64,000 bases of DNA, taken from NCBI RefSeq assembly GCF_006345805.1, contig NC_042997.1, positions 202,678,001 through 202,742,000 of the forward strand, written 5' to 3'. Made by a program: the position numbers and the translations under genes. Position 1 is the first letter of the stretch. Each line of letters begins with the position of its first letter. This DNA is from Octopus sinensis (Eukaryota). Below are positions 49,501 through 62,970 of the stretch, piece by piece. The notes below the pieces were generated by a model. It saw nothing but the letters and a program-made list of their open reading frames with translations. It was not told where the DNA came from and searched no databases.

Positions 49501-51633
49501 AAACATAGTGTAGATGTAAATATATAATTATAAATATTTCTTCTTTAAAGAAGAGGTGAACAATTTAAAAAATTAAGATCGTATTCTTGGATATTTAGAC
49601 AATGTATCATTTCATATTTCAAATCGTATAATACATGTGGAAATACTGGCTCAAAACTATCTGTACAGTACAATTAGCATTTAACTGGAAAAATTTTAAT
49701 CCTAAGCAACTAACTGTTTCAAATTGGCATCAAGATAAATTGTAAGGTATTTTTGCCAACTGGCATCAAGATAATGGTAAGATATTTTTGTCTATATTTT
49801 TATAGTGTCAGGTTACAAAAGTGCACAAGGTTGTTATAGATTCTTCTCTTTTATAGACACAAAAGAATATCTTATTTTAGATGCAGTAATATCTGGGTCT
49901 TGTTGCAATATTTACTGTAAGACAGAGCTTGCATTCAGTCTTTATTGGCTTAGAATAAAATGAATAATGGTTATGATATTTTTAGAAATTAACTTCATAA
50001 AAACAAAAACAAAAAACAAAAACGTTGTGGATAAATTGCAATTATTGGTATACAACAGTCTTGAAAGAAAGTAAAACCATTTTCCTTGTTTAGTCTCTTT
50101 TAGTCACTTGCTTCTTGAGGGTGCCTTCTCTGCTATACAATTGTCAAGAGGTTTTGCTGCAAGTTTCATAAATGAAAACAAAACCTGCTGTTTGTGCTCC
50201 ACTGTTGTGCTCTAAGCCCCACATTCACATCTGCTTATCCCTTTCTTTGGGGGTTTCACTCCAGCTCACACAATCTTCTGTTAATGCTTACTAGGTCTCA
50301 GGTTTCCTCCTCCTCCTCCTCCTCCTCCTCCTCACCATCATCATCATCATCCTCATCATCATTATCATCATCATTATTCTAATGCCTATTTTTCCATGTT
50401 TGCATGGGTCAGATTAGTCATTATTGGTGCAGAGTTTTCTATGGACAGATACCCTCCCAGTTACAGACAGCCCTACTTCTATGTAAGATAATAATCTCTC
50501 TGTCTATAACTAATGAGTGAAACATCTGTAGGTGAGTGAAATATGAAATAACTCACACAAACATAGACATACACACACACATGGCTGACTTCTTTTAGTT
50601 TCTGCCCGCTATATCCATTTACAAGGCTTTCATCAGCTTTGAGCTATTGTAGAGGATATTTGCCCAAAGTATCATACAATGGAACTTTGTTGGAAAACCA
50701 CATAGTTGGAAAACAAACTTATTATCCACATACCTGTGTCTGCCTATAGACATTACTGACAGATCTCGTGATTAGCAGAAAAAGTCTTTTTGCATATCAG
50801 ACACTATATTGTTCAATGTATCTTTTTTATTCATGTAGGACAGTAATGTGTAATATGAGGAGGATTTATCTACTGTTTCTAGCATGCAGAGACTTTTTCG
50901 TTGGCTCATAACAATTCCAATGTCATGTCTCTAGAGAGTTTTGTAGCTGAAACCAGATTTTCAAGTGGTCTGGTGCAGATGACCAGCTTATCATAGAGAT
51001 CAGTGTCATGTGTTTAACATGGCCAAGCTAAAACATGCATCATTAAAGAGAGCAGCACATATACTACATACAGATGAAAGGATGCACGTGTATACTAGTC
51101 AGAAGACTTCCTTGTTGCATATGTTGCTTTTTGTGTGATTCTCAAACTTTTCTAAGGAATATAACTGAAATAAATTTAGATTTCAAGGCTGTTGGATCAT
51201 GAAATCTTAAAACCACAGAGCAGTTTGATCAGCTCTTATACAGGTCTTTTAGGTGCTCTTGGTCCCAGGTGCTGTACCAAAAAAGTACACCCCTCCTGGA
51301 TCAATCCCAGCACCTATAACATCTACTTTAAGGTGTTACTATTTATATACCTCTAATATACATTTTGGTGTCAATGATGGACTTAAAATTTTCCAAATCA
51401 ACAAGAAAATAAAAACCTTCTTGAAGAGAGGTTTCATTTTGAGAGAATTCTCAAAGACAAGTGATTTTTTTTTGTTGCTATCTTTCTGTTGTAGTGATTG
51501 AGAAAGGAGTGTCTCTCTCTAAACTTCGCAAATCACTACTTCATACATTCCCTAGCCACACTGACAGCTCCAATGAGATCTTTAAAAGCTGATGGATATC
51601 AGCCCCACTATACTCAGGAATAACTGATACCCT

Positions 51634-52850
51634 TTCAGCCTAGATGTTGTCTTCCTCTACACTTCTGTGCCCACTATCCAGCCATCAATATTATTATTGA
51701 CCACATCATAATCTCTCTTTTTGTCCCCTCTTCTCCCCCACCTATTTCTTCCTCTCCTCCTCATTCTTCTTTTTCCTCTTCCTTTTCAGCTTTCACCAAC
51801 CTTCACCATTTTAATCTTACACCTTTGGACATCTGTAAACTACTAGTCATTATAGCAGGTAACACCCACTTCTAAAACAGTGGTGAGGTATGTAAACAGA
51901 TTTCAGGTCTGCCAATGGGATCTAGCCCCTCAGGCCTGCTGGCCAAGCATAACATCTGCCACTCATGCTTCTTCTTCTCAAGGTACGTTGGCGACATCCT
52001 GCTGCTTACCTCTTCCTGGAAAGAGGTGATTGTCATACATCAAAACCTCAACAACGTTGACAATCACATTAAATTCAAAATTCAACACCTGGACAAATCT
52101 GAAATCCTTTCTCTGTTAGATTTCCAAATCAAGATCACAGAGGAGGGTTCTATCTATACAAATTGTTATAGAAAAGCAGCCAGTAGGAATCTATTCATAC
52201 ACTATGAATCAGCTCTGTCCACCAGAGCCAGAGCCACATGTGTGCAGAATGAGATCACATGTTTAAGAGACAGATGCAACAAAGCAATGGACAAAGTAAC
52301 CAACACCAAGTGGTTCCCTGGGAACTTATCACACAACAGCTATCTGCCATCTGTAGCTTAACAACTGCATCTATGAAACACAAAAGTAGGTAAACAACAT
52401 AAGAAAGCCCATAACACCAAGTCAGAAAAGTGCTTCTTTAACGTGCCCTACATCAACGACAGAACAACTGCAAACATTCAACATGCAGTCCGCAAAGTGG
52501 GACTCAATATATAGATGGTACACATTGGTCCATCCCTGAGGAAAATTCTGTTGAGGAAAAATGCCACAGATAGCACCGTTGGGTGCACACTCACCAACTA
52601 CCTTATCGACATCAAAACATGCTTGAGGGCCTATGAGGTATATGTAGTAGCCTGCAATAAATGTGGGGCATCCAACATAGGAAGCACTACCAGGAAATTG
52701 CATATCCATATAAAAGAGTACATGCACACAGACATGTCAATAAAGAAACACCTTAGGAAGTGCCAAACCCAGAGTTTTAAAGTTTCCATCAGGGCAACCC
52801 AATGCAACAGGAGCAGTCTCAGAATCATGAGACTTTTGGTGCCATTTTAA
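51634..52850 (+). mobile_element. Degenerate Penelope-like element (RT + GIY-YIG endonuclease)
   Basis: SLDVVFLYTSVP, GLPMGSSPSGLLA, RYVGDI, LLDFQI, YRKAASRNLFIHYES, then VYVVACNKCGASNIGSTTRKLHIHIKEY. Confidence 0.88.
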
Positions 52851-52889
52851 TCACAGTGAAGATTTTCCCCATGCTACATAAATCAGAAT

Positions 52890-53213
52890 TCCTGCAGGTG
52901 CAATAACAATGATTGGTGCAAAAATGCCAGGTGAAATAATTTATTAGAATTGAAATTATCAGCAATATCTGAATTTAGTAACAATCGTGGATAAAATATT
53001 GAATATAGCAAATTTCCTTAAGGGTGTACATATTTTTGTAACATTTGAAAATTAATATTTCATTCATATCCTTGAAAATGCTTATTGTTTTGTATTCCAA
53101 ACTTTTATGTTTGCATGTATAATATACTTTTTCAGTATAAATTTTGTTTGATTTCCTTTGATATTATCAGAATAGTGGCGATTTAAGGGTGTACATACTT
53201 CTGTGAGATACTG
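52890..53213 (+). mobile_element. Right end of a Tc1 element with IR/DR architecture
   Basis: 14-bp direct repeat TAAGGGTGTACATA at 53019 and 53184; terminal GAGATACTG followed by TA. Confidence 0.7.
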
Positions 53214-53402
53214 TATATATGTATATTATTAATATAAATATCTATATATTTATATTCAAAAATTCATCATTTGAAAGTCTCCACATTTTGCTTTCTCTCA
53301 TTTTGCATGTATACATATATATATACATATTTTGTATTTCATATCTAAACTATCATATTTAATATGTTTAATGTATCTAATTTGTTTATCTGCATAATTG
53401 TC

Positions 53403-53444
<42 letters not shown>

Positions 53445-53964
53445 TACAATGCAAGCTATATGGTGATCTCACTAGGGGCACTGGCATCATGAAAAAGCAC
53501 TCAGTACAAACTGTAATGTGGCTGGCATTAGGAAGGGCATTCAGTCAAAGCTGACACATGAGTATGATGCAGTTCTTGACTCATTGGCTCCTTGTAAAAC
53601 TGTCCGACTCATGTCAGCACGGAACATGGACATGAAATGATGAGGATGATGATGATGATGAGTGTCTTTCAGTTTCTATCTGCCTCACAAGGCGTTGGTC
53701 AGCTTGGGTCTTTAATTGAAGACAGTAGACCAAGGTGCCTCCCACTATATGTCTACACATATATACACACACATATATATATTCTTTTAGTTGTTACAGT
53801 CATTTGACTGCGGCCATGCTGGAGCACTGCCTTTAGTTGAGCAAATTAACCCCAGGACCTATTCTTTGTAAGCCTAGTACTTATTCTATCGGTCTCTTTT
53901 GCCAAACGGCTAAGTTACGGGGTGTAAACACACCAGCATCAGTTATCAAACGATGTTAGGGGAA

Positions 53965-55345
53965 CATCATTTAATGTCCATTGTCTATGCTGGCACGGGT
54001 TGGACAGTTTGACTGGGCTGGCATGTTGGAAGGTTGCACCAGACTCCAGTCTGATTCGGCATGATTTTCTATGGCTGGATGCCCTCCCTAATGCCAACCA
54101 TTCCACGAGTGTAATGGGTGCGTTTACATGTCACTAGCACAGGTGCCATTTGCACGATACCAGGGTGCATTTATATCCCACTGCCAAGGGTGCCAATTTG
54201 TATGACACTGGTATCTACCATGACTGCAATTTTTGCTCAAGTTGATGGGTCTTCTTCTCAAGCAAGACATAATGCCAAAGATCTCAGTCATTGTCTCCAT
54301 GAGGCCCAACACTAGAAAGGAACTTAGCCACTTTGCCCCTGTGAGGCCCAAAACTTGAAAGGAACTCAGCCACTTTGCCTCCATGAGGCCCAATGTTTGA
54401 AAGGTGTTCTTTACATACCACTAACATGGGTACACTTGACTTGACAGGTCCTCACAAGCACAGCACATCGCCAAAGGTCTTGATCATTAGTCATTGCCTC
54501 TGTGAGGCTCAAAGTTTGAAGATCATGCTTCACAACCTTGTTCCATGTCTTCCTGAGTCTATCTCTACCACAGGTTCCTCTACTGTTAGAGATCGGCACT
54601 TCTTTACACAACTGTCCTTGTCCATATGCATCACATGACCATACCAGCACAGCTACCTCTCTTGCACACCACATCTGATACTTCTTATGTCTAACTTTTC
54701 TCTCAAGATGCTCACACTCTGTCAAACCTTCACACTGGTATTGCACATCCAGTGAAGTATACTGACTTCATTTCTTTCAAGCCTACAAATGATCTCGGTT
54801 GTCACAGTCAATGTTTCACTGCCATGCAGCATGGCTGTTCACATACAGGCACCAAACAATCTGCCTTTCACTCTGAGAGTGAGGCCCTTTGTTGCTGACG
54901 GTGAACTTTGCCCACCCTAATCTTATTCTCACAGCTATGTTCTCAAAGCATCTACCTCCACTACTAACTCGATCACCTAGATAATGGAAATTATCTACTA
55001 TCACGAGCTTACCTTCATGGCAGTTGACGGAGTCTATTTTCTGCTTATTTTCGGCATCTTCTGCATACAAAAGTTAGTTTCCCTGTTAACCTTCCACTGA
55101 TATTGCTGCACTGGGTGCAACTTACACTGGGTGCAACTTAAGGAGTGTCTACCTACACCTTTTCTACAGATTGAGCAGAGATTTGTGATTTGTCTGCCTT
55201 CTTACTTATTAAGACTTTAGTGTTTACTAGGTTAACTCAAAAGCCCTTTGATTCTTGACCTTGCTTTCATACCTGAAGCTTCTTCTATAGATCAGGTAGC
55301 AATTGAGCTATAAGAGTAAGGTCATCAGCATAGAGGAGGTCCCTA
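53965..55345 (-). mobile_element. RTE-clade LINE, 3' 1.4 kb (RT from LYADDL, Cys-rich insert, C-terminus, 3' UTR)
   Basis: LYADDL at 55319-55336, VDNFHYLGD, RLGWAKF, RGTCGRDRLRKTW; about 42-bp tandem repeats at 54290-54400; ends in the same tail found about 25 times in the window. Confidence 0.9.
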
Positions 55346-56005
55346 TTAAAGCAAAAGCAGGAGTTGTATAATTACATCATTTTCTATGTAACCTTCTTGC
55401 TTTTCAATGCACTTCTTCCAGTGGTCCACCAGCTTGCTTATTCCATTGCAGAACAAGTTTTTTAGCTGGTCACACAGCCATTTATGTACTGCTTCCTGTG
55501 CTTCTTTGTCTATAGCACATCGAGGACCTCGTAAAAGATGTTTGAAGAATCTAAAGAGGTGGTACTTGGAAGGAACTGCATGTAAGGTGCATGTAAGTAA
55601 ATTAAAACCCAATGTTTCAATGGTTTCAGTGATGTGGGTAGCTGTCCAAGGGTGTGCATAGTCATGCAACAATAACACTTGATTTGACCAAAGACCTAGG
55701 TGTTTGGTGCAAATTGCTGGTTTCAGTTTGTTGGCTAGCATTTCACTACAACCTATATGCTCCAGGCCCTTTTTCTGCAGAAGATTGAGTCTTGAATTTC
55801 TTTTTTGCTGGTGATTCAGGGCGTTTCTACTCCATATTTTTTTGATTTTGGCTCAAAGTGATGGACCCAGGTCTCACCTCCTGTGACTATTCTCTTCAGA
55901 ATGCTTTGCCTTCATTGTTTTAATGGTCAAATAAGCATTGATAGATCTCCACACGATTATGCTTGTGTAATTTAGTAAGTCCTCTTGGCACCCATCTCAC
56001 ACACA
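55346..56005 (-). mobile_element. Degenerate mariner transposase
   Basis: WVPRGLT, IVTGGETW, LKPAI...LLLHDYAHP, YHLF..., KLVDHWKKCIEKQEGY. Confidence 0.9.
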
Positions 56006-56790
56006 TAAATATGATGGAAGAAATGAAATAAGGATTAAGAACAATATAGTAGTTTTATCAGTTTTAATCTATCAATATAAAAATAGATGAAGAGATCTTC
56101 TGTGGTTTTTATTAAAAAATGATAACAAAGATTCTTCTTTGAATAAAAATCCAATTTAAACTTTCAATAAAGAGATTGTTTTCATAATCTTTTCTTTCAT
56201 GTGTTTGTAACATATATAATATAAAAGTCTGTTTGAAATCAGTCTATTGCTAGAAGACCACCATCAACACCCTCCTCTTCTTCACCACTACCACCACCCA
56301 TGTGTGACATCATTCCTCTGCCGGATGGTGGTGCCTGATAGGACAATGAATTGTTGATTTTATTTTTATTCAATATTCATGCTGTTTACTGTTATTTTGT
56401 CTACAAAGAAACAAAAATGACTTATAAATAAACAAACTATCATTGAACTGGAACTATTTATTACCAATTATGTTTAATAACAATGAAGAGTCCCTACATA
56501 GTCGGCATGCCTACTAGAAACAGCAGCCAGATAACCCCCTTCAAATCACACTAGTGCTATAAAAGCAACATTAAGGATATGTGTAGTTCCTGACATATAC
56601 AAAAGATGAGTCGCTTATGGTACAAAAATTTTAACACAATTCATTGGCATCTTTGGCAAGTGTCTTCTACTATAACCACCTCCACCTTAGGTTGACCAAT
56701 GCCTTGTGAAGTAATTTGGTATATGGAAACTGAAAGAAGCCCATCAACACACACACACACACACACACACAAATACATATATATATTTTT

Positions 56791-57096
56791 AAGTTTATCT
56801 CTTACAGATTTTCTGTATAATTTAGAGCCAGTACTGAAGGTTATGATGTTTCATATATAAATATGTGTATGTAAACAATGTAAACAAAGTGGCTATTTAA
56901 GCAATGTATTCATGGATAGTTAATAAGTTGGATGTGGTCCTGAAGAAGGAGAAATAACTCCTGAAATATGCATATAAATCCATTACTTGTTTTCCTGTGT
57001 TCACTTATATTGTTTACATAGATGTTTTCATGTAGGAAACGTTGCACCATTCAGTGGTGGCTCAAAATTCTATGGAAAATTTGTAGAGATAAACTT
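56791..57096. mobile_element. Fold-back element with about 92-bp imperfect terminal inverted repeats
   Basis: aagtttatctct(t)aca.attttc...tatgtaaacaat.taa aligns with the reverse complement of 57005-57096. Confidence 0.8.
56930..56985 (+). ncRNA. Hammerhead-like motif in the centre of a fold-back element
   Basis: CUGAAGA-AGGAG(aaauaa)CUCCU-GAAA followed by palindrome AUAUGCAUAU; stem I only partly paired. Confidence 0.35.
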
Positions 57097-59612
57097 GGAA
57101 ATGAAAACAACACACTGCTAACATAAAGTAGGACACAGTATTGACTTATAAATCTTTAATATACTTGACACTATAGTATGGTTGCAAAACGAAATATGGT
57201 GTCCCTATTAGCAATTAACATTCGTATGTGTGTGTGTGTGTGTGCTTCCTTTCCAGCCATGTAAATTTGCTAGACAGAAACTGAAAGAAGGCTATCCTAT
57301 ATATATATATATTCACACACACACACACACATACATATATATGTGTGTATGTGCGTGTGTGTGTGTGTCCTCTTCGCAGTACATGATAGTTGTAAATGGT
57401 TGTCCTGTCATACAAGCAGTGTCATTCATTTCTAATTTTCTGTGAGAGCATGGGATAATATTACTCTGCTTGAAAACAAGTGAGGGTTGGTGACAGGAAG
57501 AGCGTCTGGTAGTTGAAAATATGCCTCGATAAACTCCATCCGATCCATGCAAGCATGGAAAAGAGGATGTTAAAAAGAGGATGATGATGGTGATAATGAT
57601 GATGATGATGTATTTTACAAAGTCATATGCACTTGCCAGTCAAGGCTGACTGTGCTCCTATGATACAGAACAAATCTAATTTTTTAGAAACCCTGTAATT
57701 GATTCCACGTTTTGTTAAGCTCCCAAAGTACAGTACAGCTATTCTATTGCAAAGCTTTATCTATTCTTCCAATGAAACTACAAAAATATCCACTTAATAC
57801 AACTTTTTCAAAGTAAAAGACTAAAATTGATGTACCATCCACATCTGCTGTATTTCATTACAGTTTAGTTCATAGTTTTCTCCACTAGCTTTGCTCCTAT
57901 CTTATAAAATTAGACATGTTATATAATACATAGCAGGAGAATATAATACTTGGTTCCAACATAGATTCTAGGGAAGCTTTTATTTAAATTGTATTTTTTC
58001 TATCCTTTTTGTTTTCTGAATGTATTTTCTTACACAATGAATGCGATCTGCTTGAAAGAGTATTACAGTTGTAACTCAATGAAATCTACATTCAAACAGA
58101 TGAAGTACTTTTAAAAACTAAAAAGTAGCTTTTCTATTACATTATCTGTTAGAAACATTTTGTTATTTCTCAACTTTCATTGTATTGAATTACCTACTGA
58201 CTGCCTTGAACCAATGTGATTGTCTTTTATGTTCTTCCTTTGCTAGTTATGTAGAATTTGCTTTCTTTGTATAAAACTTCTCAACTTCAGCTACATATCA
58301 GTAAAACACCCATTTGTAGCAGATTAAATGTCTTAATCTAATTTATTTTCATTATTTTAGTATGACTGAATTTGCAGAAATGTTAGTGTTGGAAAATACA
58401 CCTTGCAATATTTGTTCCAGTTTTATTTTCTGATTTCAAATCCTGCCAAGGTCAACTTTGCTTTTCCCAGAGCTGACTATATATCTCTTCCAGGTGGTGC
58501 TATCAAATTACACATAGCCTGAGTCAACTTCGGCCAAAACTTATCTAAGTAATCTAATCTATGCTGTAACCTTTTAATCAAAGCATGACAATGTGGGTAG
58601 AGGCTGATATCTTTTCTGTTGGTCTTAAGTATAAAAAAAAAAAAATTATTAAAGATTTATATAGAACTACATTCAGAGTATGTCTATAAGCTATTGTGTT
58701 TAGACCTGGTTTCTATCCTCAAACTGTTCCATTTTTTTTAATGAAGCACTCCAAAATTAGAAAAATCAAAAATCTGCAACAATCTTGGTCCCATGAATAT
58801 CGGATAATGGATTTTCAATTGTGTAAAGAAACTGATTGTGGTGAAAGCTGAGACAGTATTGATGATGATGATGGTCGAGATAAGTATGGGAGGAGGTTAT
58901 GTTTTTGCCGGCGTTGATTTGGGAAATTGGGTGATTTTCATCATGTGTGTATATGGGTGGAAACGAACTGCTTGGCAGAGGTCTGTGCTCTCCGAGTGCT
59001 TTTCTAGTTTGTGTAAGTGCCAACCTCCTTGAATTTCAGTCTGGTTTGGAGAGTAAACAAGTTAGTTTTAAAGTGTTTTCGAAAAATTCTTATATATTAT
59101 TTAAAGAATAATGCGATTTCATGAGGACAGTTCTCAGAATGGCCTCTCTTGTATGAGGTTTAAGATGTTTGGAGTATTCCCACAAGGGCCAGGAAAGAAA
59201 TGAACAACATGACCTTCAAACAGCCATTTTTGAATGAGTTACTTTTATTCTTTTGTTCTTTTACTTGTTTCAGTCATTTGACTGCAGCCATGCTGGAGCA
59301 CCACCTTTAGTCGAGCAAATCGCCCCCAGGACTTATTCTTTGTAAGCCTAGTACTTTTGTATATATTTTTTAAAAATCCATAAAAATTAGCATTTTCTGC
59401 CTGACTTTCATACAATATTTCAAAATATATTCAGATAACAGATAATTCATGACAAAACTAGTTCACATTATCTGCTGAATGATCAAAATGTGAAACTCAG
59501 AATACTAGAAATTAAAAACCATTCGGTTAAAAGATCTTCTAAATTTATATTCTGAGTTTGTTGATTTGTACTTTTTTGGGGAATCAGCAGAAATTCACAC
59601 AACACATATCAC

Positions 59613-59647
<35 letters not shown>

Positions 59648-60817
59648 CTTTGGAAATATGGTGTGCTTGAAAAGACTCGGCAAGCCAAGTGAGACTGTAA
59701 CTGTGGCCTATGCTAGTGCAGCATAACCAGCCCATTTAAGGGTACTCTCCAATCATTGGGCAATAAACTGTGCTTGCAAAGACCTGTTGAGGCAAGTGAA
59801 GTCATCAATGTGGCCGATGACAGTAGTGCCTGGTTGGCACCTGTGCCAGTGGAAAGTATAAAGCACCATTTGACCATGGTTGATGCCAGTGCTGCCAGGT
59901 CCCGTGCCAGTGGCATGTAAAAAGCACTATTCAAGCATGGTTGATGCCAGTACCACTTGACTGGCCCTCATGTCGGTAGCATGTAAAAAGCACCCACCAC
60001 ACTCTTGGAGTGGTTGGCATTAGGAAGGGCATCCAGCTATAGAAACATTGCCAGATTGGATTGGTGCCTGGTGCAGCCTTCTGGCTCGCCAGCCCTCAGT
60101 CAGACTGTCCAACCCATGCCAGCATAGAAAGCAGATGTTAAATGACGATGATGATGATGACGATCAATATATATATATATATAATCATCATCGTCGTTTA
60201 ATGTCCGCTTTCCATGCTGGCATGGGTTGACTGAGGACTGGGGAGCCAGAGGCTGCACTAGGCTCAATCTGATCCGGCAAAGTTTCTACAGCTGGATGCC
60301 TTTCCTAATGCCAACCATTCCAAAAGTGTAGTGGGTGCTTTTACATGACACCGGCACGAGGGCTAGTCAGGCGGTTCTGGCAACGACTATGCACAAAAGG
60401 TATTTTTTACATGCTACCTGTACGGGAGCCAGTCCGGCTGCACTGGCAACAACCATGCTCAAAGGACAACAAGCTTTAAGGCAAGGCGAACATCTCAAGT
60501 TATATACATTATTATTATTAGAAAAAAATTCAAAGTCTTACAGCTGTTTCTGGGATATCCCCGAGTATGGGATATTCTGCCATGAGAAACAAATTGGAAA
60601 AAATAGGAAAAATGAGAAGGGTATATACTAATGGAATGATGAGTAAAGGAATAAGGATATGAAAAGAGAGAAGAAAAAAGAAGCATAAAAGTTCCTAGTT
60701 CAATTTTCTGATGTAGAAACAAATGCATAAGTTCTTGGGTACAATCCTGCGTAGATTGTAGCTAAGGACTTATGCATTTGTTTCTACAAAATCGGAAAGT
60801 TGAACTATGAACTGTAT

Positions 60818-60844
<27 letters not shown>

Positions 60845-60853
<9 letters not shown>

Positions 60854-61640
60854 AGGAATGAAGACTGAAACAGGTGCACAACTGCAAGGGAAATACATGG
60901 TTATCCAACCTGAGGGAAGTGCAGGAGAAGAGGAGAGAGTGTGGAAGATAATAGGATAGAGATGTTGGCAAAATGCTGAGCATACTCACAAGGGACGGGG
61001 ATCAGAATATAAATAGGATGGTTGAGTAAAGGAAGAGAGAGATATAAATGGTGGCAAGTACCAGTGCATACCCTTGAGGTTCAAATGCCATAATATAAGT
61101 GGCAGGATATTGCGAAGGAAGTGTGAGAGGAGGAGGCATTGGAGGAGGTGCTGATGAAAAGGTTATAGTGAGACAGATACAGGTGTCTTGCTGTAGAGGA
61201 AGTACAAGGTTACCTGGCCGGAGAGAGAAAGATCAGGAATGAAGACAGAAACAAGTGTGTTACCACAAAGAAAATACACAGTTGCCCAACCTGAGATAAG
61301 TGTAGGAGAAGGAGAGAGAGAGAGTGGGAGACAACAGGATAGAGATGGTGCCAAAATGCCATGCATACTCACAAAGAATGGAGATCAGAATATATATGAG
61401 ATTATTGAGTAAAGGAAGAGAGAGATATAGATGATGGAAAGTACCAGGGCATACCTTTGAGGTTCAAATGCCACAATATAAGTGGCAGGATTTAATGAAG
61501 GGAGTGTGATTAAAAGTGCAAATAAGTGGCAAAAGACCTTGGTATATATAGAGTTGGAGGGGCTACCTGATAGTAATGATACAGAAAAACAGGGGTGTGA
61601 GGACAGGATTGGGGAGTGAGAGCTAGGCATAGTGTATGAA
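60845..61640. repeat. Tandem duplication (about 385-bp period) of a purine-rich repeat also present at about 38040-38420
   Basis: Shared block catactcacaa...atcagaatata...gttgagtaaagg...ggcatacc.ttgaggttcaaa...aagtggcaggat. Confidence 0.8.
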
Positions 61641-62663
61641 GGAGGAAATGTGAGAAAGAGAAGACATGTAGATTGGTTTGTTGGGGTATCACCAAGTACT
61701 TGGTGACACTTAAAAGTACCCAGTCCACGGCATAAAGTGGTTGGTGTTTGGAAGGGCAACCAGCTGTAAAAACCTTGCCAAAACGGACCTAGCCTGTGCT
61801 TGTGCCGTGTAAAAAGCACTAAGTTCACTCTGCTAAGTGGTTGGTGTTAGGAAAAAAGCATCCAGCTGTAAAAATCCTGCCAAAGCAGTCACAGAAGTAT
61901 GGTGCAGGCTTCCGCCTGACCAGCTCTTGTGGTACCATCCCACCCATGCTAGCATGGAAGATGAATGTTAAATGATGATGGTGACGATGATGATGATGAT
62001 GGTGGTATGTCATCATCATCATCATCATCATCCTTTAACATCCATTTTCCATACAATGGTCTCTTTTCAGTTTTCATCTACCAAACCCATTCATAAGACT
62101 TTGGCTAGCCTGGCACTATAGTTGAAGATACTGACACAAGGTGCTATATAGTGAGAATAAACCCAAAAGCATGTGGTTGGGAATTGAACTTCTTAACCAC
62201 ACAGACATACCTGCATATGTATTGATTCCTTTTGACATTTGAAGAAATAATTATCTTACTGTACATAACCTAAGTCAAAATCTGTAATCAATGTTATTCA
62301 CTAATTATCAGTTTCACATTATTATCTCTAGTTAATGAAGTAAATGCATTAATTATTACTAAAAATAACTCTACCGTAAGGCACACTAAAGATAGTTGCA
62401 CATTAATCATCAAACTCTTTTAATATCAAATTGCTCGAACCCACTTATTCTGAAGTGAGTGTTCATATGTAAATTAATACCTTCTTCAAAATTGATTATT
62501 ATATGAACAATACTGTGAAATTTCAGGCGGTAATGAACAACATAATATATCTATATATTTCTCTCTCTCTCTATCTCCTTCTCTGTGTGTGTGTGTGCGT
62601 GTGCACGTGTGTGTATATGTGGTGTGTGCATCTGCATGTGTGTATATGTGTGCATGTGTGTGC

Positions 62664-62719
<56 letters not shown>

Positions 62720-62928
62720 ATGTATAATTAGCAATTGGATTTACTATTTCAACTTCATCAGACTATACAATACATGTCTTTGTTTTGTTTTAGCTTACTC
62801 TGTGGTTGTGACCTGATCTATTAAGGAGCTTTTTTATGAGTACCACTGGATTAGTGGTACTCATAATATATGTCTAATATATATATATTAGATATATACA
62901 CACATATATAATAATATATATATATAAT

Positions 62929-62970
<42 letters not shown>

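Noticed and set aside
50505-50535. CTAATGAGTGAAACATC hammerhead-like string
   Set aside because: Core mutated and no stem II; too degenerate to support
57022-57121. Apparent exon RCFHVGNVAPFSGGSKFYGKFVEINLEMKTTHC*
   Set aside because: It lies in the right arm of the 56791-57096 inverted repeat, so it is repeat-derived
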